A stretch of DNA of 34,272 nucleotides from an uncultured Clostridia bacterium (GTDB lineage Bacteria; Bacillota; Clostridia; Christensenellales; UBA1242): positions 1-34,272 of the forward strand of contig CALVTF010000002.1 in assembly GCA_944360025.1 (NCBI GenBank). The letters are read 5' to 3'. The notes beneath the pieces are model-generated. The model searched no databases. It had not been told where the DNA came from and was given only the letters and a program-made list of their open reading frames with translations. How positions within the stretch are numbered: the first letter of the stretch is position 1; each line of letters starts with the position of its first letter. Position numbers and translations under genes: made by a program. This document shows, in pieces, positions 30,301 to 34,272 of this stretch.

Positions 30301-30558
30301 ACTCATGCAAGTTATATGTTTACTGAAAATAGTTCAGATAAGAATTTCTCAACTGATTCTGAAGACGTTCGAAGTGCTCTAGATAAAGGTTATACAGTAA
30401 TCAAATCTAGTGGTGGGGAGTTAATAACATTAAATGGTAATACTCCTACAGATATGGCACATAAACACTTAAATGGAGAACATTTAATGCTTTCATTGCC
30501 TTTAGGGGCAACTCAAGTAATGGCAGTATATGAATTACAAACTTTGCCAACAGCTTAA
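27301..30558 (+). CDS. Large putative lipoprotein or secreted protein: signal peptide with Cys-Cys, four tandem Ig-like (Big_3-like) repeats and a ~640-aa C-terminal domain of unknown function
   Basis: The ATG at 27301 lies 6 nt after SD AAAGGAG (27288-27294). The track ATG at 27295 directly abuts the SD. MKKVMLTMFASIMLVFVGIISVAC-C has Cys codons at 27370-27375, with an imperfect lipobox SVAC. Four repeats follow, then a region with no motif I recognise. Confidence 0.8.
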   Translation: MKKVMLTMFASIMLVFVGIISVACCGDNDPTKVESFAVNGLTTSYVNTDTVNLSGISLEVTYDNNQKETLTKYEIDPSEGIELKEDTQFILYTDGLSSQQAGNININDYAITAKVVGFDDILRLGTVSVTLALATEITEYEVSGMETEYFNTNTVDFVGTQLSVTYNNLQTVVLSEFEIDKDISEVATGTQFVIYTDGLSTQPAGDLEIRDYNITAKVVGFDETLSLGKISVKRATAEDITEHKVSGLKTTYVNTDTVTFEGISLKVTYGNHESEVLTKYEIDKDINEVTEGTQFVIYTSGLSSQPAGNIEAKSYSITAKVVGFENQELKLGTVVVTIAEPTEIVSHEVVYMPTSFYETDTVDFVGTKLKVTFDNHQTLILTKFELDKDLSDINADTEFVLYTDGLSSQTAGNLEIKDYNITAKVVGFNKTLALGTIKVESDWNRYEVDTFLVPESINTYNEIVENNVSTEEAGFYNVEAMYTIGDDNGFKFKPQLILLPKDSSDITEDYEPETYNVNVKVFMDDNDTALADDSTYYTFDNFEFDFTETAIGHTFKIEMSLSDYPTTLPISFTFKVADGWNAYTPDDLGRINILDFDNSGYARRLSQKIFYNSDTQKYDKTLEFADIWEDYLTEKGYTDLTAINGIYIHNNILVSDDDLPEEYFITEEESAYAAGSLRDFSLLYSHYLEEGQDFIINGNYFSVKFGKVLGDNKEVLSEGVSLGLSNSSKDNFSVYTADQAKYSVGHSAVFNFMGKTDNSTTSVGRIVNLNAQGNTGGVISGGNAYDPTGETDGLPTTPDDATKEVLKLSGSLIFTKSMHARVEVENAIAKEFLIAWFGEQKVSDTTVEENKDKGNLKLTNVKTYDCFSSAIFAYASDNNEIINSEFKRFGGPVVMLVSQIAKNIDTDEEIGGTEIERDSSFKVDEATVMENYIAGDEAWFILNFATAVATSVKDLENDLLAKMYNSIYFDIPNKDGVGTTEKANLLVLALDSGYMNSNEDTHASYMFTENSSDKNFSTDSEDVRSALDKGYTVIKSSGGELITLNGNTPTDMAHKHLNGEHLMLSLPLGATQVMAVYELQTLPTA
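27391..28630 (+). repeat. Four in-frame tandem repeats of 309-312 bp (103-104 aa) inside the lipoprotein gene
   Basis: The landmark GCAAAAGTTGT recurs at 27637, 27946, 28255 and 28567 (spacing 309, 309, 312). The protein consensus is ..V.G..T.Y.NTDTV.F.G..L.VTY.N....LTK.EIDKD......T.FV.YT.GLSSQ.AGN.E..DY.ITAKVVGF...L.LGT..V. Confidence 0.9.
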
Positions 30559-30560
30559 AT

Positions 30561-30590
30561 AAAAAAAGTGTGATTTATTCACACTTTTTT
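30561..30590 (+). terminator. Rho-independent terminator of the lipoprotein gene
   Basis: A-run, then GTGTGA (30568-30573) paired with TCACAC (30579-30584), then TTTTTT (30585-30590), 3 nt after the TAA stop. Confidence 0.8.
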
Positions 30591-30603
30591 ATATTTTTAC
30601 CTC

Positions 30604-30633
30604 ATAAAAAAGGAGCACAATATTGTGCTCCTT
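30604..30633 (-). terminator. Minus-strand rho-independent terminator, convergent with the previous one
   Basis: GGAGCACAA/TTGTGCTCC stem (30612-30631), the most G+C-rich stem in this AT-rich spacer. On the minus strand it is followed by TTTTTT (complement of 30606-30611). Confidence 0.65.
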
Positions 30634-30668
30634 AGAGTGTTTTTATTTACATTTTAAAGGACGTTTAA

Positions 30669-30737
30669 ATGCAAATTGTTTTCTTTTTTGTCGTTATGTA
30701 TTTATTTGCTTTCGGAGTGGTAAAGCAAACAAATTAA
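30669..30737 (+). CDS. Hypothetical 22-aa hydrophobic peptide MQIVFFFVVMYLFAFGVVKQTN (speculative)
   Basis: ATG at 30669 preceded by AAAGGA with a 7-nt spacer. One TM-like stretch with a polar KQTN end. Fully antisense to the candidate sRNA. No convincing own promoter was found, and T-rich codons give hydrophobic ORFs by chance in AT-rich DNA. Confidence 0.15.
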   Translation: MQIVFFFVVMYLFAFGVVKQTN

Positions 30738-30826
30738 TAGCGAAATTGAATGAAAACACTCTTAAACATTCTCTTTCACTATCATGGTCAATTTAAAAGA
30801 GTCATAACTTTTAAACTGACAACTTA

Positions 30827-30855
30827 ATTTTATCACAAATTTTACAAAAACGCAA
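30827..30855 (-). promoter_or_regulatory. Extended -10 promoter for the candidate sRNA
   Basis: The minus strand reads TTGCGT (30855-30850), a 17-nt spacer ending in TGTGA, then TAAAAT (30832-30827). That gives a TGnTAAAAT extended -10 with a weak -35. Confidence 0.35.
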
Positions 30856-31049
30856 ATAGTTTTACAATATTTTTCAAAATATTTTTAAATTTTCAAATTT
30901 GAAAAAATTTTGCCATTTACAAGCAAAGTTTTTTACCCTTTTTAAAGCAATTTTGTATCAAAGTTTCACTATTCAAATTTACCTATACGGCAAATAAGTT
31001 TTTATTAAATAAAAAATGCATCTAATAATATGTTAATTAAAAATTATTT

Positions 31050-31126
31050 TGGTGTTCCCGCCCGGAATCGAACCGGGAATCTTTGCCTTAGGAGGGCACT
31101 GCGTTATCCTATTACGCTACGGAAAC
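31050..31126 (-). tRNA. tRNA-Arg (anticodon CCU), CCA-encoded, 77 nt
   Basis: Folded by hand from the reverse complement: GTTTCCG TA GCGT AATAGGATA ACGC A GTGCC CTCCTAA GGCAA AGATT CCCGG TTCGATT CCGGG CGGGAAC A CCA. The cloverleaf is canonical with U33, anticodon CCT, A37 and a GTTCGATT T-loop. There is one G-A mismatch at 27-43 and one T-G wobble in the acceptor stem. Confidence 0.95.
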
Positions 31127-31138
31127 AAATCTTTTTTA

Positions 31139-31167
31139 AGTATAGCACAGTTTTTTAGGAAATGCAA
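31139..31167 (-). promoter_or_regulatory. Promoter of tRNA-Arg
   Basis: The minus strand reads TTGCAT (31167-31162), a 17-nt spacer ending in TGC, then TATACT (31144-31139). The tRNA 5' end at 31126 is 12 nt downstream. Confidence 0.55.
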
Positions 31168-31192
31168 GAATTTGAATGTGAGTTTTGTATAT

Positions 31193-31223
31193 AAAAAAAG
31201 AACCTAATTTTTAGGTTCTTTTT
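31193..31223 (-). terminator. Rho-independent terminator (better on the minus strand) ending the acyltransferase / zinc-ribbon transcription unit
   Basis: AGAACCTAA (31199-31207) pairs with TTAGGTTCT (31211-31219) around a 3-nt loop. The minus strand then has a T7 run (complement of 31193-31199). The plus strand has only T4. Confidence 0.7.
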
Positions 31224-31377
31224 ATTGTTTCTGTCCACAGTGTGGACAAAAGTTATCATTATTTTCAATTTTCTTTCCGTATTGTGAACAGACTATTTCG
31301 GTTTCTATGCTTTTACCACAATTCGAGCAGAATTTTGAGTCTTTTTCATTTTTCTCTCCACATTCTTGACAAGTTAT
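31222..31377 (-). pseudogene. Double zinc-ribbon mini-ORF without a canonical start codon (decaying gene, or ATA-initiated 51-aa protein)
   Basis: The minus-strand frame reads TAA(31389-31387) T E T I T CQEC GEKNEKDSKF CSNC GKSIETEIV CSQY GKKIENNDNF CPHC GQKQ and stops at 31224-31222. No ATG, GTG or TTG lies in frame after the upstream stop. The ATA at 31377-31375 sits where family members have Met. The third pair is CxxY (TAC) where a zinc ribbon expects CxxC (TGC). Confidence 0.35.
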
Positions 31378-31473
31378 TGTTTCAGTTTATAGAAATGGCG
31401 GGAAAACGCATAATGAAAACGGGAACAAGAATTCAAAAAGCAAAAAATGAGACAAAATAGTTTTTTTAAGTTA

Positions 31474-32414
31474 TCACAAGTTTTGTTGGACTACCATTTT
31501 GTTTTTGATTATTTCAACTAGAAATGATATTACGTAAAAAATTATTGCAGAAAAAAGATAAATTAAAAATAAGTTATCTGCTAAAATTGGACGCATTAAA
31601 ATTCCTATCATAGAGTGATAAAGATAAATTCCAAAATTAAGTTTATCTAAATGTAATTTTTTGATATATTTTGATGGAACATTAACTTCAAAGTTGATGC
31701 AACCAACGCAAAGTAATACACTTCCGATAATTGTGTATAAATATAAATCTCCAACAAAATCATGTCTAGAGTTCATAAGTCTAAATTCAGGGATTTGAAA
31801 ACTTAAGAAAAATATACCTAATAAGATTATAATAATTGAAAACTCTTTGTTTAATTTCAAATTTAACTGACGAATTAAAACTCCGATTAAGAAAAATGGT
31901 AAGCCAACAAAAATAGAATTTCTTGAGAACACAATGGCTAAATCGCCAAAAAAGCATCTTGAATACGTTCCAAAAAACAAATTAAAGGCAAGCAAAATTG
32001 GAATCAAATAGAAAAACACTTTTTTTAAATTATAATTGCAAATTAAATAGTAATAAAAGCGTGTTAAAAAATAGGAAACTAAAAACCAAGTAATGCCTAT
32101 GAAATCTCGAAACTGGCTTGTCAATATAAAATCAAAAAGTTGAACGATTAGTAAAAGAGCAACATAAGGAATATAAAATTTTATATCCTTTATAATGCTC
32201 TTTTTATCATTTTTATTATGTAATAAATAACCACTTAAAATAAAAAAGGTTGGAACGGCAAATCTAGAAAAAGCCACAAGTTCAGGAATATGTGAAAAGT
32301 GAATGGCAATAACAAAAAAGATAGATATATATTTTAATATATCTATACTAATATTTCTCTTTGAATTCCCTCCCCCCCGTCAGTTTTTATAAGAGAGTTG
32401 TCTGCAGTTTTCAT
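31474..32414 (-). pseudogene. Acyltransferase family 3 (membrane O-acyltransferase) gene, out of frame at a G7 tract in codons 13-15. G8 would give an intact 313-aa protein (phase-OFF allele, pseudogene or homopolymer error).
   Basis: The ATG at 32414 reads MKTADNSLIKTD GG EGIQREILV and stops. The long ORF (open from 32379, TGA stop at 31476-31474) reads RGGGNSKRNISIDILKYISIFFVIAIHFSHIPELVAFSRFAVPTFFILSGYLL.... That matches the acyltransferase_3 N-terminal pattern (R..IDxLK....V...H ... R.AVP.FF..SG). The two frames meet at the G7 run. Confidence 0.75.
32372..32378 (-). repeat. Homopolymeric G7 (C7 on the + strand) tract inside the 5' end of the acyltransferase gene
   Basis: The + strand reads tCCCCCCCg at 32371-32379. 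It is the only G/C homopolymer of 7 nt or more that I found in the window. Confidence 0.95.
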
Positions 32415-32422
32415 TAGTATCC

Positions 32423-32451
32423 ATTATAACAAGATAATGTTTACTTGTCAA
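32423..32451 (-). promoter_or_regulatory. Perfect-consensus promoter of the acyltransferase gene
   Basis: The minus strand reads TTGACA (32451-32446), a 17-nt spacer, then TATAAT (32428-32423). The ATG at 32414 follows after only 8 nt (GGATACTA) and there is no SD. Confidence 0.6.
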
Positions 32452-32488
32452 TATATTTAAAATTCTTAACTAAATTTATTAAATTTCT

Positions 32489-32517
32489 TTGACATAAATA
32501 TTAATTTTTATTATAAT
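32489..32517 (+). promoter_or_regulatory. Perfect-consensus promoter of the flavin oxidoreductase gene
   Basis: TTGACA (32489-32494), 17-nt spacer, TATAAT (32512-32517). SD AAAGGAG at 32535-32541 and ATG at 32548. Confidence 0.6.
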
Positions 32518-32547
32518 TTATCTATATTATGGGAAAAGGAGATAGTT

Positions 32548-34272
32548 ATGGATAAGAAATTTGAACCACTTTTTACACCTTGGAAAATAGGTAATGTGGA
32601 AATTAAAAACAGAATTGTGCTTTGCCCAATGGGCGGAACTTCCATCTTTGGTTGGATGGAACCTCATCATTTTGATAAAGATGCGGCAGATTTCTTTATG
32701 GAACTTGCTAAAAACAATGTTGGACTTATCATTCCAGGAATCGCTCCACTTAAAAACTTAATTGGTGGGCAATGGCTTTATAAATCAAAGCGTTCTTTCA
32801 AAAAATTAAAACCTTACATGGAAGAATTTCATAAAACTGGAGCAAAAATGTTTGTTCAGCTAACCGCTGGATTTGGACGTTCTTTCTCTGTTCCAAATGG
32901 TATGGTTCCAATGCTTAAATCAAAATTTTTAAACACGTTATTAAAACCTATTATTGATATTCAATATCTTTGTGCTTCTCCAAGCAAACTTCCAGCAAGA
33001 TGGGTTGAAGGTGGGCTCACAAGAGCATTGACCAAGAAAGAAATCGAAAAAATGATAGATGCTTTTGCAAAAACTGCTAAAATGTGTAAAGATGCTGGAG
33101 TTGATGGTGTGGAAATCCATGCTGTTCATGAAGGCTATCTTCTTGATCAATTTACTACTGCATATACTAATCAAAGAACTGACGAATATGGTGGTAGTTT
33201 CGAAAATCGCTATCGTTTCCCTGTTGAAGTTGTTAAGGCAATAAAAGCACTTTGCGGACAAGATTATCCTGTTTCTCTTCGTTATTCTGTTGTTTCAAAG
33301 ACAAAAGATTTCTGTGTAGGAGCAATTCCGGGCGAAAAATATACTGAAGTTGGAAGAAATATGGAAGAAAGCGAAAAGGCGGCAAAATATTTGCAAGATG
33401 CCGGCTATGATATGCTTGATGCTGACAATGGAACTTATGATGCTTGGTATTGGGCTCATCCACCAATGTATATGCCACTTAACTGTAACCTTGATGACGT
33501 TTCTCATATTAAAAAATTCGTTGACATTCCTGTTGTTTGTGCTGGTAGAATGGAACCTGTGACTGCAGCAAAAGCAATTAAGGAAGGAAAAATCGACGCT
33601 ATGGGTGTGGCTAGACAATTCCTTGTTGATCACACATGGGTAACAAAACTCATAAATGACGAACTTGACGAAATTCAACCATGTATTTGTTGTCACAATG
33701 CTTGCCTCCCAATGTCACATTATAAAGGTATTGCTAATGGTGCTGCTATGGCTGACACACAACATATGTCACGTTGTGCGATTAATCCTATAACAATGCA
33801 AAATCATAAATTTGATATTGTTCCAGCCAAAAAACAAAAGAAAGTGGCTGTTATCGGCGGTGGCGTCGGTGGTATTGAAGTGGCAAGAATTGCCACACTT
33901 CGTGGGCACAAAGTGACTATTTATGAAAAAACTGATAAACTTGGTGGTGTATTTATTGCAGCAGCGACTCCTTCTTTCAAAGAAAAGGATAGAATGCTCA
34001 TTGAATGGTATAGAAAACAAATTGCAAAATTACCTATTGAGGTTAAGTTCAACACAGAAATCAAAGATTTGAGCGAAATTGATGCAGACGAAATTGTAAT
34101 TGCAACAGGTGCAACCCCTAAAAAGGCAAGAATTCCAGGCTTTGAAAAGACAATTGAGGCTTGTGATTATCTTCTCAGTGATAAAAATGTTGGAGACAAT
34201 GTCGTTATTATCGGTGGTGGTCTTACAGGCTGTGAAATTGCATATGAATTATCATTAAATGGCAAGCATCCT
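32548..34272 (+). CDS. Old Yellow Enzyme-family NADH:flavin oxidoreductase with a C-terminal FAD/NAD(P)-binding domain (2-enoate reductase / 2,4-dienoyl-CoA reductase-like), 3'-truncated by the window edge
   Basis: Translated by hand: 575 codons with no stop to nt 34272. It is absent from the ORF track. Motifs: IVLCPMGG, HAVHEGYLLDQF, RTDEYGGSFENRYRF, Fe-S Cys cluster PCICCHNAC...SRCAINP, and Rossmann loops VAVIGGGVGG and VVIIGGGLTGCE. Confidence 0.9.
   Translation, partial: MDKKFEPLFTPWKIGNVEIKNRIVLCPMGGTSIFGWMEPHHFDKDAADFFMELAKNNVGLIIPGIAPLKNLIGGQWLYKSKRSFKKLKPYMEEFHKTGAKMFVQLTAGFGRSFSVPNGMVPMLKSKFLNTLLKPIIDIQYLCASPSKLPARWVEGGLTRALTKKEIEKMIDAFAKTAKMCKDAGVDGVEIHAVHEGYLLDQFTTAYTNQRTDEYGGSFENRYRFPVEVVKAIKALCGQDYPVSLRYSVVSKTKDFCVGAIPGEKYTEVGRNMEESEKAAKYLQDAGYDMLDADNGTYDAWYWAHPPMYMPLNCNLDDVSHIKKFVDIPVVCAGRMEPVTAAKAIKEGKIDAMGVARQFLVDHTWVTKLINDELDEIQPCICCHNACLPMSHYKGIANGAAMADTQHMSRCAINPITMQNHKFDIVPAKKQKKVAVIGGGVGGIEVARIATLRGHKVTIYEKTDKLGGVFIAAATPSFKEKDRMLIEWYRKQIAKLPIEVKFNTEIKDLSEIDADEIVIATGATPKKARIPGFEKTIEACDYLLSDKNVGDNVVIIGGGLTGCEIAYELSLNGKHP

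Larger units (their letters stand above)
30604..30820 (-). ncRNA. Candidate ~215-nt non-coding RNA delimited by a promoter and a terminator (unknown family)
   Basis: Runs from the predicted transcription start site (TSS), about 7 nt downstream of the extended -10 at 30827-30837, to the terminator at 30604-30633. The longest minus-strand ORF is 11 codons. Internal pairing potential: AAGAGTGTTTT with AAAACACTCT, and the hairpin TTTGCTTT-N9-AAAGCAAA. Confidence 0.3.

Noticed and set aside
30636-31049. Whether the long spacer encodes a known structured RNA (tmRNA, RNase P RNA, SRP/4.5S RNA, 6S RNA)
   Set aside because: I found no GAGGAAAGTCC-type RNase P core, no tRNA-like GGGG...CCACCA tmRNA ends and no SRP helix-8 GGAA/AGCA motif on either strand. 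6S RNA cannot be excluded by eye, so only a generic candidate sRNA is reported.
31242-31460. 72-aa + strand ORF from the track
   Set aside because: It is antisense to the zinc-ribbon frame and overlaps the terminator. It has F/L/S-rich low-complexity composition and no SD.
32379-32425. Alternative explanation for the acyltransferase frame problem: genetic code 4 (TGA = Trp). That would let ATG 32425-32423 (inside TATAATGG) read through TGA 32382-32380 into the long ORF without any frameshift.
   Set aside because: The giant ORF, the ATPase and all other genes contain many Trp codons, all TGG, and no in-frame TGA. TGA terminates the methyltransferase and the acyltransferase itself. An AT-rich code-4 genome would use TGA heavily, so the standard code applies.
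32941-34020. Track ORFs 32941-33261 (-), 33059-33244 (+), 33233-33478 (-), 33295-33696 (-), 33350-33562 (+) and 33769-34020 (-)
   Set aside because: All overlap the hand-translated OYE-family gene (32548 to beyond 34272), whose frame carries strong family motifs. They are shadow ORFs.
1-34272. Mobile elements, prophage remnants, CRISPR-Cas, restriction-modification or known defence genes
   Set aside because: I saw no transposase, integrase or recombinase motifs, no terminal inverted repeats flanking a cassette, no repeat-spacer arrays and no nuclease, helicase or Cas-like ORFs. The only methyltransferase is the conserved yabB-like housekeeping gene.

Overview
AT-rich window (roughly 30% G+C by eye, not computed) that uses the standard genetic code: TGA ends at least two genes and every Trp in the long ORFs is TGG. 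Gene order and strong AGGAGG-type Shine-Dalgarno (SD) sites look Bacillota-like. About 48% of the window (nt 1-16389) is the 3' part of one giant ORF. That ORF is still open at nt 1, so more than 5,462 aa lie in the window. It encodes a modular surface-adhesin-like protein with MBG/YDG-type modules, Listeria-Bacteroides-type repeats, a GLUG-like end and a C-terminal TM tail anchor. A housekeeping block follows on the + strand: uppP, a P-type IIA (Ca2+-type) ATPase, holB, ricT/yaaT and a yabB-like methyltransferase. Next is an accessory envelope module. It starts with an unusual fusion of a polytopic membrane domain (YwaF/TMEM164-like PLHLC motif) to an ABC ATPase. A large permease-like membrane protein and a small membrane-anchored Ig-like protein are tightly coupled to it. 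A separately promoted 1,085-aa putative lipoprotein with four tandem ~103-aa Ig-like repeats follows. The 3' part of the window holds a ~490-bp non-coding stretch with convergent terminators. It contains a candidate ~215-nt antisense RNA opposite a 22-codon hydrophobic mini-ORF. After that come tRNA-Arg(CCU), a decayed double-zinc-ribbon mini-gene and an acyltransferase-3 gene put out of frame by a G7 homopolymer just after its start codon (candidate phase-variable contingency locus). A divergently transcribed Old Yellow Enzyme (OYE)/enoate-reductase-family flavoprotein gene runs off the window end and is absent from the supplied ORF track. I saw no transposase, integrase, CRISPR array, rRNA or recognisable defence genes. 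All family assignments rest on motifs read by eye and recalled family signatures, not on searches.
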